64,000 nucleotides of DNA, from the NCBI GenBank assembly GCA_002633005.1, contig NMRA01000004.1:811846-875845 (forward strand), in the 5' to 3' direction. Source of the DNA: Phoronis australis (Eukaryota > Animalia > Phoronida). The translations under genes were made by a program, and so were the position numbers. Positions 50,601-64,000 of this stretch are shown piece by piece. Each line of letters starts with the position of its first letter. Within the stretch, counting starts at the first letter, position 1. Below the pieces are notes generated by a model that ran no database searches, was not told where the DNA came from, and saw only the letters and a list, made by a program, of their open reading frames with translations.

Positions 50601-53600
50601 TAGCCGAATCTATAGTCGATAATCTACGCTTAAAAAGCGCATTAAAACGCAAGTCGAGGGTTATTCTTCAGGAAAAAACATCTACCTTCTTGTTATTACA
50701 TGCCAATTTTTGTTCCCTATTTCAAAATATCATAATTTGATAGGGCTCGGCTTGCGTGTTACGTGTTTTAGTCATGAGAGTAGCGAAATTTCGTTTTACT
50801 TTACAATGAGAGGTTTAATAATTACTAGACGGGTCGACGATAATCTCACCAAATGCGACTTGATCGCCTAATGGGAAATGAACTCGCGGAAAAAGGTAAC
50901 CCCGCTTGCAGTGGTGCGACAAGGCTACCCTTCAGAAATTACTGTCAGTTTAAAAAGCGGTCGGATTTGGCGCAACGACGGAGGGAAAAATGGGAGCCTA
51001 GTTATTCCTTCAACTCTCTCCAAATTTGGAAGCACACATCAAGTCTAATAGAAATCAGACGATTTGAAGACATTGTTTTCGTATGTGCCATGCTAGGGCT
51101 AAGTTCCGTAGATGAAAGAATGTCGCGAGTAAACTTAGAGTAAGCTTGTATTTTAAATGTTTATAATGCATGGCGATTTCTCGCGAGAACTTGCGACTAT
51201 GGATCGTACACCTATTTTGTCAAACAAATCCGGCTTCTCTCTCTTAACTTCCGGCTGAAGTTTGAGTGCGTGTTCTGAGGTGGGTGAGGGGTAGATGTGC
51301 TGATTTTCAGAAATAAATGGAAAGATTGTGAACCAAGAGTATCTGGAAAGTCGCCACCAATCACGACGCCAATTTCTCGGTCTGTTCTCAGACTTGATGG
51401 GAAGTCGTAAAAATCCGGCGAATTCGAGGCAACTAAGGAGTTTTACCAAGGCGGCCAAAAGCTAGTTCTGATGTCGCATTGGCGTGTTGCAAGTCAAAAC
51501 GTTGAGTAAATTTTTGTTGACAATTTCGCACTGGCCAATCTCTGTAATGTGTTGGCTACCTCACGTATTCTTTGGAGTTGAATCAGGTTCTTATTGCAGG
51601 CTTGGAGTTTGTAGATAGAAATACAGTGCGTTCGCGTCTTTTCGACACACCCGTGGTCAAAGGTTTATTAAGGAACTACCGAATAACACTAGAAGTTGAC
51701 TCGTTAAATTATTGTCAAGAGTATTGTGGTTTATAGCCATTCGCGATCTTTTCAGACGTGGTAATTCTGCATTCATTTACGTACATGTATAGGTGATGGA
51801 ACTAACTGCACAAGCTTGCAAAATCGCCCGTGAGGAGGCTTTGCCTTACAAGGCCTTGGTTGCCGGGGATATCAGCGCAACTCCGGAATATTTCGAGGGC
51901 AATGCCACAAAGGAAGACGTGCAGAAAATATTTAGAAGACAAGTTGAGGAACTGAAAAATAATGGCGTTGATTTTTTGATAGCCGAAGTAAGTGCATTTT
52001 ATAGCATATGACGACGCTTTAAATTCGTAAATGCCGGAATTCATATTCTTTCACTTGAATGTTAAAATGCTTGTCTGAGCATGAGTAGTAGTGACGTGGA
52101 GGGAGGGAGGAAGGGACAGGGGAAGGAGAGGAGGGGGCAGAGGGGGGGGNTCAGCGGTCCGTTAAAACAAATCACAATAAATAACCACGCATAACATGGC
52201 ATTTCACGTCTTTCCTGTTGTATATATAAATCGTCATGCTTTGGAGAATTAGCAATATAGAGCGCATAGAACATTCAAGTCTAACATTTTCCAAAGTTTG
52301 GAGTTGGCATGCAGAGGCCATTCCGCTAAAAAATATTAATTTTCAAGTGTTGTTGAAAATTCTTAAAGCTTGGTGGTTATTGGATTCTCCCATGCAAGTC
52401 CACAGTAATGAAACAAGGGACATTTTGTTTCGTTTCTGAAAACGCCCTCATGGGTTCTTTAACCTGAAATGGAATTTAATTACATGTAGGTCAACGATAA
52501 ACGATCAAAACATTTGCAGTAGCTGTCTAAACATGTCCCAAATTAGTATTTTGCAGCCGTGGAAGAGGCTGTTTGGGCGGTCGAGGTGATGAAGGAGTCT
52601 GATCTACCAACGGCGGTGTGTCTTCGGGCAGGTCTCAAAGGGGACCTGAATGGTATTCCGCCGAGTGAATGTGCTCTCAGAATGGCAAAATCAGGTGCGA
52701 GGTCACTAAAATATCAACATGGGAATAAAGAATAGACAAATTGCATTGTATTGTGTTCACTCGGTACCCTTGCATGTTTAACTGTTGTCTGGTTGCATTC
52801 ATTGTGACCTAGATTGAAAAACATACCAATATATTATGCCTAGGGACTTAATTGTGAGTAATAAGTTCAATAATATAACAATATCGATTCCGTAAGTATG
52901 CAGCAGCGTGCAGAAACCACATCGAAGTCCGCCACAATGAAACAAAAAGTCCGAGCAAACGAAACAAATGTCCACAAAGTCCTCAGAAATTCGGCGGTGA
53001 TGCGCAATTCGTAGGCCTGAACTTAGTGACCCCAATTTTTTAGTCCTCCTTGAATTTTCTCAGTAGAAGGTCCGCGTGCCGAGAAATTCGAACCCCCCCC
53101 CTATATTTTAGGCTGGGCACGCGCATGGGGGCAAACAATCTTTAAGGACAAAATTGTTGAAATTGTGACTTATTTGTTAAAAAATTGTTTCATCTTTTTT
53201 ACTTGTCTTAATAGTCTACTACTAGGATCCATGCAGTTGTGTAGAGAGAGGGACATCCTATAAGAAATCGCCCGTGCTTCACAAAATCTCTGCCCGATAC
53301 TGGTCACACGTCATTTCTCCGAAGGTTCACTGCTGAGAAGGATTTCTGTTCTGAACCCATGCTCTATACTTGACAGCTCAGAACTCTTGAATTTCTACTA
53401 ACGAAGTGGACCTGACGTGCAGACAGTATCGTTTTGGTATCAATTCAATAATTACTGAAACGGTGTGCAAATGCTGTATTGTTATAAGATTGATTGCATT
53501 GTGTACACATGAGCGTAGATCCTTGAATCTAATGCTTCTTATTCTCACGAGCAGCATTTGGGGGACGGGGATGTTTTGTTTCAGGGCTGTGGCGACTAGC

Positions 53601-56600
53601 AGGCATCCTTATATGACTCTCTGACTTGGTGAAGACTGGCAGGATTAGGGTGGCTTACTGCATTTAGTTGCAACCCGGTCGTGGTCCCGGTGCGGTGGGT
53701 GAGCTTTTGACGGAGTGGATAAACCTTTTAGTCGTACTTTGAAATGATGCAGTCTTGGTTTGAATTTTGGGGAATGTATCGTGATTGTCAATTCATCAAA
53801 TCCAAGTACCGGATCATTTTCCGCGTTCATGCGTCAAATAAATGAAGTCTCATGTACTTGTATTACATTTCTGTTCAAAATTTCATATATTTTTGGAGTA
53901 GTGAACCTTCGAAGTAGTGAACCTTTAGTCTAAACGAATCTTTTGAGCAGTGGTCTGTTCCCGTGCATGTATGTGGAATGATCTCATTCTGTTGTCATTA
54001 TCCTGTCTAGTAGGCTGTCAACAGTGGAGGATTTGGGGGGCAAGGGGGTCATACATCTCTCTAAAATTCTCCCATATTCCATTTGGCAGATCGGGGTTAC
54101 AAATGTCTGACAGGCAAAATCCTGGCCTGCCCTCCCCCCAATTCAAAATCCTGGATCCGCCCCTGATTAAAGTCTTGAAATGTTAGCTGTTGAATAATCG
54201 ATGTCATGTCAAAGCAGTATGGGTTGTTCTAAATCCGTCTCGACCCCCTGGACCCCCACATCCCACGACCTTCTCGACCCACAATCCCCACGACCCACAC
54301 ACCCACGACNTCCCACGATCCACAACCCCCACGACCCACAACCCTCACGACCCACAACCCCCATGACCCACAACCCCCACGGCCCATAACCCCCTCGACC
54401 CAGGACCAGTGGCAATAGGTGTATCTTTGCCTTTTTTACACATTCCATTATCATATTACGTCGCTGAATGACTTACCCGTAAGACATACATGTAAATACA
54501 CGCGAATCTGCTCTGGCTCAAGTCTGGTGGTTAAAAGCAGAAAGTGGTGTGAGAACGTGATCAGAGTGTGAGCGTGTTATCGTTTTCACGGAAATAGTTT
54601 CACAAGCGGTTACCAATGACCCTGTTCCTCTGACCTTAGGAAGAGAGTACGTTAAGGTGATTGTACATAATTTCACATTTTTATTATTTGCTTTCTGTTG
54701 CTTACTCGTTTAAAATATATTCCATATAACGTTGAGATACTAACCCTAGTTAACGTTTTGTGTTTTCAAACTGTATTTACTGAAGAAATTACATATCCGT
54801 CGGTTCCTCGCACACCCCCAAAATCTTGAATCTACTATTCACTGAAGAGCAGACGAGACAGTTTCACTCTGCCGGGGACAACATCTGTAATGTTGGTAGG
54901 TCTTTAATTTAATTTGGTCGCGTTGTTTTTTCAGCTCTTGGCTTTCAAGCTTCGACTCTCTTTAATTGCAAAAAGCAGGGAAATTTAACCGAGCTCACGG
55001 CCCGACTCGTTGGTCCTGCAAGTCAACGCTTGTACTATGTTCAGATCGAGTCGAGCTTGTGTAGACTGGGTTGATGGGGTTGTGGGTGGTGGGTCGAGGA
55101 GGTCGTGGGTCTAGGGGGTCGAGGGTCGTGGGTCGAGGGGCTTAAGAACAATCCAATACTGATCATACTTGTTCATAATTATCAACAGAACGTTAGGTCA
55201 GATTTCTTTCTGATCCGTGTACGCGATGATGGTTAGATAAACAATACCTCTATGCCGCTACTGACTCGTTCGGCTACATGTGACAGGATCTGTCTTGTTG
55301 AAGGTGCCGACATCATTGGCATAAACTGCATATACGACTACAAAACGGGCCTGAAGACGATGAAGATCATGAAAGAAGCGCTGGACGCAGAAGGACTGCG
55401 ACCATATCTGATGATGCAGCCCCTGGGATTCCATACCCCGGATGTGGAGGACGAGATTCACGGCTACATTGCCCTACCGGAGTTTCCATTAGGTACATGC
55501 ATAAGGCAATATTGGTAACACAGTCTGTAGCGATTGCAGTGATGATGTTGGTGATGATGGAGGTGTTTGTAGCTATGGGGGTGATGATGGGGTTGTTGTT
55601 GTTGGTGGTGTTGGTGGTAATGGTGACGGTGATGACGTGACGGTGGTGAGGATGGGCATCAGTGTACGTATCGAAAAAGTGTATTTTTCCACTATCGCAA
55701 AAATTAAAATACAGAATGAGGTAAATGTACATGTACGAGAAGAAGACACTAATGTGATGACGTCATGTCAACTAGACTGTTGCACTTTCTTGTAGTTATT
55801 GCATTAACCAGTTTATTGGCTAATTTTTGCTTTTCAACAGTTTAAAGGATAGAATGATAGACGTAACACTGCTGCACTACTCTAAAAGCATTTTGACTTG
55901 ATCTCTTACACGCATCACTGAACCATAAGCGTACATGGTAGATCACCCCGGTAAGGCAGCTGGTATTTCAGAAACAACTTTAGGTAACTTTTTACGCTTA
56001 CTTCCACACGTCCTGCAAATTGATTTCACCAATTACAGCTCTGGAACCACGTCTGTACACTCGATTTGATGCCAGGAAGTTTGCGAGAGCTGCGTTCGAG
56101 CTGGGTGTCAATTATATTGGAGGCTGTTGTGGATTCGAGCCCTACCACATACGAGAGGTTGTAGAAGAGGTGTGTATAATACCTAGAAGTAGTTAAGCGT
56201 GCTGGCTTCTCTTTGAAATAGAGACCACCTGTCAGGATTCCTTGAACAAGTACGCGAAGGATAAATGTTTCTCCTTTCTTCAATGCAATCCACTATCGAA
56301 ACAAATTTTGAATTTGAAATAAGATTGTTCAAAATATTAGCGTTTTGCCGGTGTCTTCATCTTTTCACTGTCACTAATTGCCTCAATAGCCCTGGCAGTT
56401 TTATTAAAACGTGCGGGTATGTGGTTTTTGTCCCAGGTACTACTGCAGTCGTGACAGTTTCCGGGTTATGAAATATACTTTCGTAAATAAGCATTCACAA
56501 AGTTTTAGATTTTCCAGCCTTGGCAAAAGGTAAAGCGTAGTTAAATACTAAGTAAAACTCTGTTCTGTATCGGATTCAAACAAAAATAAAATGTCGGTGT

Positions 56601-58763
56601 GAATATCAACGACGGACGTCTCTAAGGTATTTCTAGCTTTATAACTTGGTTTGACATGATGTGACTGCACATGTGTTTCATTTATCGTGAAGAGTTTATG
56701 TACATGCCATTCCATTACTGTTAAATCCCAAAGCTGGGCCACAAACGATGTTCCGTTCCTTGAAGTTGTTTCGAGTAAATGAAGCCCAGAAGTTTGGCAT
56801 CTGCGATTCTACTACCCGGATACCAAAAACCCGCCATTTTCAGAGCACATCCGTGTTCAGTGCAAAATTTGTGACATGAAAATAGGTAACCTTCTTACAA
56901 ATGGAAATTGGCAAAGTCTGATTTGTAGCGACACATTCAAATCCAAACATATGGAATCTAGAATTAAAGAGTATTTGGATACTTGTCTTATCTCCGGTGC
57001 CGGGGAAATCGTGAAGTGAAGACTGTAGGGTAACAAATGGCTAAATCGCAATTTTTGGTAATTTTTGGCATCTCGATTTTTTCTGGGGAAAGAAGCAAGA
57101 CAAAAAGACATGACTTTGTTGAATTCGTTCATATTTGAGAAACCCTGTAGCGTTTGTCCTTTTTATCTTGTCTTCAGACAGACAGTGTACTGTAAAGAAA
57201 GGCATTTGTAAACCCAGACCTGTGATTACGTTGAGATCAGACACTTAAACTATGGCCTTTGCCCTAAATACGTTATCTACACATTCATGCCTATCTTTCA
57301 TTTAATGAATGAGCATAAAACATTTTATATACATGTAGAGTCAAGAAATGTTTTACAAAACTGCTTCAACCATTTTATGACAGCATGATTATCTCTAAAG
57401 TTGAGGTTTTGGCAATATAAACACAAAGTTCACTGAATCATTACCGTGTTATTTGACAGTTATCCAAAGAAAGAGAGCGACGCCCACCAGCTGCGAATAA
57501 AAATGACGTGTTCGGACAGAATGCTAAGGTCGTTCCTCGCATTTACGAAATGGTCAGAGAAAGGTATGAGGGAGTGGCGTGACGCATGATAATGTTGCAA
57601 CTGTGTGTGATCAGATTGGAACACAGCTAGTTAAAAAGATACTAAATCCTGCTTTTTAATGTCACTGTGTCACCATAGACCATAGACAACAAAGTCCTTT
57701 ACCCGATAATTTCCGATGGAATTCTCAGAGGAGGTGTTACTCTCTCACAATGCGCATCTCAGCTTCCAGTGAGTGAACAGACGACATATTTTAATATGTT
57801 AAAACAGTTTCACATGCCATCACACCAAGCGCCTCCAGTGAACAGGGACGTCGTGGCCAATTGTGAAATTAAAATATAATCGGTCGCGGCTTGTGCGCAT
57901 GATCAAAGATTTTAGCGTTGAGAATACACAGAGTTGGTGGTCCATGTACTATAGTTTATGGTGTCATTGAATAGATATTTTGGCTTTCTGCTGGCGGTCA
58001 TTAGGCCTACCTGTAGTTGTCGCTTGAACTCGCCTGAAGCGTAAGTCACCCTTGTCCGTTAAACAGACTTTGTAAGGAGTTAGCATCACAATTTCGAGGG
58101 TCTATGGAGTTTACTGAGCATTATGTTGTTTCAAAGAGCTGGACGGATTTTTCGATGAGATATGTTTCTCTTAATAATGCAAAACCAAGTTTAGTATCCT
58201 TTAAGTCATTTCAAGGGTTAGAATTTAGTATTGTTACTAAAAAACGTACACTAAATTACTAACATGTATACATGTCCTGTCAAACCAGAGCGAGGTCGAC
58301 GAGTCATGAACTTTTGATTTGGTGAACAAGCGATCTTGACTTAGTAGATAAATTTGGCTCTTGAAAGTTTATACAGTATTTGGCATCCTTATGGGCGGCG
58401 CATCACAAGGGGCTGGGGGGTGGGCTATAGCCCCCTACTTATTTCAGTGCTGCGCCACCCATGTCTATGGGTGATGCCCAGCATAGTTGGCTGGGAGGCT
58501 ATAGTCCACCCCCCACTTATTTCAGAGCTGCGCCGCTCATGATCCGTTTGTCCTTTGCTATAGCTGTTGTATAAAAGTAGGGAACTTGTGAGTTGTCCTT
58601 GGTCTTTAAACATTTAGCATAATATAAATCATCGGCCATGTGGAGAAAGTACGTTATTTATATCCCTGTCTTTAGCGTTAACAGCTTACTACAAAATCCG
58701 TTATTCTTTAGGTCAACTCGAGACTACTGGATGAACCTAAAAAGGACCAACATTACTGAATAA
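47518..58763 (+). CDS. BHMT: Betaine-homocysteine S-methyltransferase-like, 356 aa; join(47518-47659, 49780-49889, 51793-51987, 52547-52694, 55304-55492, 56039-56169, 57460-57563, 58712-58763)
   Basis: [60 protein letters not shown] (Zn Cys), [37 protein letters not shown] (Zn Cys-Cys), RDYWMNL. All junctions GT-AG and phase-consistent; 1071 bp. Confidence 0.95.
49780..49889 (+). CDS. BHMT-like exon 2
   Basis: (V)[36 protein letters not shown]|gtaagc. Confidence 0.93.
51793..51987 (+). CDS. BHMT-like exon 3
   Basis: [16 protein letters not shown]...NGVDFLIAE|gtaagt. Confidence 0.92.
52547..52694 (+). CDS. BHMT-like exon 4
   Basis: [50 protein letters not shown]|gtgcga. Confidence 0.92.
54215..55161. 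mobile_element. ~950-bp TIR element with mirrored subterminal (CCCACGAC)-type tandem arrays
   Basis: cagtatgggttgttct... / ...agaacaatccaatactg; cccacgacccaca repeats at 54240-54400 mirrored by gtcgtgggtc repeats at 55070-55140. Confidence 0.75.
55304..55492 (+). CDS. BHMT-like exon 5
   Basis: (G)[15 protein letters not shown]...[26 protein letters not shown]|gtacat. Confidence 0.93.
55538..55650. repeat. (GTG/ATG/TTG)n low-complexity repeat
   Basis: gtgatgatgttggtgatgatg... run. Confidence 0.85.
56039..56169 (+). CDS. BHMT-like exon 6
   Basis: (A)[43 protein letters not shown]|gtgtgt. Confidence 0.94.
57460..57563 (+). CDS. BHMT-like exon 7
   Basis: gacag|[36 protein letters not shown]|gtatga. 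Confidence 0.85.
57674..57960. mobile_element. ~290-bp MITE with CATAGAC termini and ~7-bp TSD (P-element-like)
   Basis: gtgtcac|catagac...gtttatg|gtgtcat. Confidence 0.6.
58389..58541. repeat. Two tandem ~70-bp hairpin MITE-like units
   Basis: atgggcggcgca...gctatagcccc.acttatttcag.gctgcgcc(a/g)c(c/t)catg occurs twice. Confidence 0.65.
58712..58763 (+). CDS. BHMT-like terminal exon
   Basis: ctttag|G TCA ACT CGA GAC TAC TGG = (R)[16 protein letters not shown]; AATAAA at ~58849. Confidence 0.85.
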
Positions 58764-60577
58764 TAGCCTCAAACCCACATCTTCTGAAGGAGTAATCATA
58801 CTGCAACCTCGAAGTCAACCGGTTATACATGTTCATGCACATGTTTGAAATAAATGCAAATTTTGTGATGCATGGACTTCCACCCTTTCGCTTCACCTAT
58901 TCTCACATCACCGCCGGCTGATTGGCACCAGCAATTGAACCTCTCTTTTATGGAGCAAAAACGTTTTTTTCACGAAAAACATTGTTTCTAATGTATTGAC
59001 CTTAACATGCACAACTGCCCAATATTAGTTCAGTTCCTGTGGTTTCCTAACTTCAGGGCTTGGAATTTTCCTCTTTTAAAAGGATTTCCTCTTTTTGGTT
59101 TAGATTTCCCCTTATTTGATTTCCAATTTCCTGTTTTTGTCTCTATTCATCATTATTTTGACTTTAGTTATGCGAAAACGTTTACTTCAGTTAGATTTTA
59201 CAACACAAAAATATTTATATTACACAAGCCCATTTATTTGTGTAACTATACGTCACTTGAAAAATTGTCCACTTCTTTTCATCGGTCACTCCAAGCCCTG
59301 ACTTTTGTTTTTATGCTATATACTGAATACAGGATTGGTATCCTTCCTACAGTGCAACAGAAGTACAGAGACAGGAGTATTTTCTTTACCTGAACCACCC
59401 TTTGATCCCATTTCTGCCCAGGCTCTATATACAAGAAACGTTCATTGCTGGTCATGGATTGTAAATGTTAGAATTTGACAGTTTTAAGTTAGGAGACAAG
59501 ATCATGCTTCCGATTCAACCTCTCCCTCCTTCATTTGAGATTGGATGCTCAAAGAGTACAAATATACATTCACTGTTAGTAAACCGAATCTGTCACAGCT
59601 GTGCTGGATGTTGTTCATGATCGAAATGATGAACATATGGGTTAAAAAGACACTTTTACACTTCCCTAGCGATACATGTATAGCCATATCACGTACGATT
59701 ACTTTATTTAAGTGTTCTCAACATGCCGTTCTGATAAAGGTGTCTGTTGAGTATGAGAGTATGACATTTTAGACTCAGTGAAATATATTTAAAATGCGAA
59801 AATAATAATTGGTAGTCATTTACTTAGCACTGCAAATTAGTAAGCACTTCGATAATTATTACCTGGCTATGAGCCCGGTCAATCTTAATACACTGTACTT
59901 CCCAATCTCAACTCTTTGGGAGCAAACAATAGGTGCAACCATTACAGGATGCTTTCTATATGATCACTTGGGGATCCAATTAATTCCACAGTTGTCACAA
60001 CGCAATACTACATCCATTTTAAGTTACATGAATATTGTTTCTAGTACCTTTATGGTTAATCTGTCAAAATTTATAAGGAAAGCTTTCTCATAAGAGCCAG
60101 TGTCTAAATACTTTAGTTTTCTGAATGTTAAATAGTCTTTTTTGTTCAAACATCATTCTGCCTTTGTATATGTACTTGGTGACTAGTATGGGCACGTGGC
60201 CTTTTATGTAAAGAATAAAGGATTTTTTATTATTAAAAAGTTATCCCAACGCCTAAGCAAGCCATATAGTGTTTTCCATTAGAGGAACTTCGACTTACCG
60301 AAGCTTTTCCGAAACTTCGCTTACCTTTTCGACTAGTAGACAGCGATATCAAATTATCGATAGATGTAGATTCCGTCGTCGCAGTAGACACCAGACGGTG
60401 CAGATCATTCGTACTCTCAAACGAATATTGAGTAATGAGTTTGAGGCTGACTATAAATTGTTATCCTGCCTTTTACGAGTGCTTACGAAAGTGGTTAGTG
60501 TCATTCATCATCAGATATGCATTATTTTGTCTATTTACGTGCGTCTGGAGACCACGTCGGCTACGCAACTGTAACAA

Positions 60578-61180
60578 ACTCGCTGGTTCCCTGCGTGCTT
60601 AACCCAGCCTGCAGGCAGGTATATCGCAGTGGCACGCGCTTTAGCATTGGTAGATGTAACTTTGGCAGTCATTGGTTAGCTTTACAACATTGTGAAAAAA
60701 TGGCGGACTGTGAGCGATTTTTAGCCTTGTCATGCAAGTGGGGTCGCAGCAACTATTTCGTTTCTGCAGTGATGTTTAATAGCCGTGTGCTTGAAGCACA
60801 TACATGTACAATAAACACATATCTGGCCGATTTAACCGGTGTGTTATTCATACTGTATGAATACAGGACACTATCGTAAACAGAAGTCATCGACAGTCGC
60901 TGAAAGATGCATTCCGAAAAGTCGCAATCACAATTTCTAGCCTTCACATTTCCTGAACATAAATTTTAAGCACCGATTTGTCTGTACGGCAGACCACATT
61001 TACACTTCAGTCTATCAGTCATGCCAGTTTTTTTGCGTAATGCGCTGCCTGTTGAGAATTCGACTTGCCAATTAGAAACGCCGGTGAAAAAAAAAATTAC
61101 CGAGGAAAATTAAGTGATACCCGGTGCGTGCTGGCGCGGCTACCGCCCCACCTAGCGGCACGCGAGCTATAACAAAGAGT
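60578..61180. mobile_element. Second copy of the 16609-17198 MITE
   Basis: Direct-orientation near-continuous match. Confidence 0.85.
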
Positions 61181-64000
61181 ACGTTTTGCGAGTCTCGCGT
61201 ATACATGTACATGTATCGCTGCTGCGACCTCTACCGATAACTTCGACGAAGATTCGCTCTGATCGTTCCCACTACACCGGAGTTTCGGTGAGTATCGAAA
61301 CTTTGCTTTTGAATCCTACTGTTTTCAGCGAAATTTCTCATGCAAACTAACTATCGGCCCTTTCCCACTTACAAAAAACTTAGTAAAATAGAAGTTTCGC
61401 CTCTAATGGGAAAGCTCTATAACGACAGTGAATGTCCAGTCCTAGTCGATTTACAAATACTGCTCGTGGCTTAGTCGCAATTCTGAAGACTGTGTTTTAA
61501 TGCAGTGATTTTAAAAATTCAACGAGTATTTTTTTTGGGTGAGACCTTCACGTTTTGAAGTCCGGACAACACTTTTGATCACTGTCCAGTTGGGGGGTGC
61601 GAAAGTCTGACGGGATAAATTCTGGCTAATACTCTGCCCTTCCCCTCCCCAAAATAAAATCCTGGATCTGCCCCTGCTGTCCATTTGAATATGCAGTAGA
61701 GCTGGTTTTGAAAACCGACCAATTGTTAATTGCCCAATTGGTCCGGCCCGGATTACACAGCGGCACTCGAATTTCGAGGTCTATACCCACAATGCCGTAT
61801 ACATCCATCCGGCACATTTGCTGCCTCGTTTTCGTCTCACTGGAGTTTCATATGTTATTTGTTGTTGTCCATTTCTTTACACGTTTTTCTCGGCAGTATT
61901 ACTCTATTTGTCCTTCCAGTGCTAACGAAGTAGTACTGCTGTGCTGTGGGCTGCAACTCCGACGTGAAAAGTTTGAAAAACTGGACAAATGCCCGTGGAT
62001 GCGTGATCTGAAATTCTTTGTCTTCCCGACATCAACGATCGAGACGCGAAAGTGTGTCTTATTTTTAAACCTAGGTCACGCGCTTTCTTGTGTCCTGCAG
62101 AAAGGGAATTTTATGACGCCCTGAAATCCGGGAGGGTCCTACATCTATTGGATACGAGAACGGGACAATCCGAGACCAATTCACAGCATGCTTTACATGT
62201 ATCCAGGAAATGCTTGCGAGCTCATTCCAATAAATGTATTCCCTTGCTACAACTGCCATGGAATGTGTTTGCACGCAATGTGTCATTGAGTGAGTGGTAA
62301 GATACAAAAAAAAGGAAACCTGCCATAAAAATCTAGCCCAACATTTCTGGTATTAAACATTTTATTCAAATAGTGCGTGTGCATAACAATCTTTAACAAT
62401 TAACAACAAGTTATGAAATATTCTTACTTTATACAAGCAATAAGAGGCGATACTTCCGAATAATATTGGCACAAGTGATCACGAATTTTTGCAAAAACGC
62501 GCGCGCGTGTACACAGGAGTTCTCCGATTTTGTTATCAAACGTGTTATAAACCGTGAACATCAAAGATCATTTGGCCCTGCCTGGGCTGCGTTACGTGAG
62601 GCTAATAATTGACTACAAGTTGGACAAAATCACGCAAGTCTTCATGTCGCCATGCAAACAATCAAAGCCTGTGATAACACAACCTTGCACTCGTGGATGT
62701 TTCAACTTAAATAACGGGCTCCAGGGTATCGTTCCGATTATCAAGTTTCTTGCAAAGAAAAACTAAGAACGGCAACTTTTTCGAAAATAATGCTCGTCAC
62801 CTTACTAACAAAGCCTACCTAGCAAAATGGCGGCTAATGATGTTCCTGCATTTGGCCAGTAAGGTCGGAGCATTCAGGCATGAATATAATTATAAACTTC
62901 ATGGAGGGTATAGAGTTCAATGTTTTCGCGTCCTAATCGAAGGTTTATCGCCGTCCGTGCATGAGTAGTGCACTGAAATTGGCAAGGCAGCCCTAGCACG
63001 CGTCTCCACTTGCCGCAAATGCAGTGCACATGTGCGTCGATTGTTTTTCAAAAAATATAACAAGTGCTGAACAAAGGCTGAAATCAGAGAGGCTCAAGCT
63101 TGCATAGATAACTTTAAACAAACATTAGACTACAAAGAAATGAAGATGTCTCTTCACTAGCGAGCACAAATCCTTACGGATTCATGGAATAAACGAACAT
63201 GTTTAAAATAATCCTAAAAAGGATTCCAAACACAATTGAACGAACGGATTTAAACGTAAATTTCCTCTTTGAAAGTTAATACCTGGTGTTGCAAAGATTG
63301 TCCATTTGAATTTTTGCCAGACTAAACATAAATCAATAAGCGAATAAAGGAAAGGCTAAAAATCGTAAAAACAGAAACCAACACAACAGCCTAACGGACG
63401 GATATCAGCGTCTAAATAAACACGTGAGTTAATATATTCTCGTATAAAGATTCAGCATCAATAATTATCACAACTTCCACCAATAAATAGCACTTTTTTA
63501 TCTGTCTGCTACTTCTCCACCCATGCCAATGCATGTAAATCCTTGGCCTATGTTCCATCTCTCGGTAATGTCAGCCCATCATGATAAGCAATTTATTCAA
63601 CGCGGAGCTACTGTGCAGGTGCGTATACTGAAAATTTTAGAATTGAATGCCCCATTTCGCTTTTTTGTATTATAACCTGGGTAAACTGTTCCCTCAGAAT
63701 CCCTGGTATAGAAATAGGGGGCGCTCATTCGGTAAAAGCAAACATGTGTTCGCACAGCCACAGACCAAAAACGACTGTGCTTCATGGTAAAAGTTGGCTG
63801 TGTTTTCTCAAGTAGAATTTTTTACGGAGTTCCCTTATTTTGCTCAACTAGAGGCACACATATTTAGTAGGAAACTGAAGTGTATACGTCAATTAAACGT
63901 ACACGAACTAACCTCAGCAAACCTGTTCAGTGAGTCACCTACTGTACTTTTAGATATTCGCTTAACTTGTTTCCGGTCATGGAGTGTCTATATGGTTGTA

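Noticed and set aside
54842-54880. CTGAAGA followed by a stem-loop (hammerhead-like)
   Set aside because: No GAAA after stem II.
28303-58763. SLC45-BHMT adjacency as a functional cluster
   Set aside because: No shared pathway or regulatory evidence; neighbouring animal genes need not be co-functional.

Overview
AT-rich, repeat-dense, spliced (GT-AG) animal genomic DNA, most consistent with a marine invertebrate draft assembly (one N gap at 6440-7098). It is not prokaryotic and shows no CRISPR or operon structure. Three + strand multi-exon genes can be assembled by hand with consistent splice phases. (1) A DNase I-family gene (~4625/5925-17873) whose nuclease core is flanked by N- and C-terminal extensions that appear to be two divergent copies of one uncharacterised domain; this copy has an in-frame stop and lacks the 'YD..L.QE.RD' exon, so it looks inactivated. 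(2) An intact SLC45-family proton-coupled sugar transporter (28303-37258, 3 coding exons, 633 aa). (3) An intact, short, divergent betaine-homocysteine S-methyltransferase-like gene (47518-58763, 8 coding exons, 356 aa). The rest is decayed non-LTR retrotransposons (HERO-like, RTE-X-like), a Helitron, several MITE families, tRNA-derived SINEs (one with a hammerhead-like motif), THAP remnants and microsatellites. A strong excess of TACATGTA, with paired repeat copies showing clean +6-bp insertions, points to Tc1/mariner-type excision footprints.
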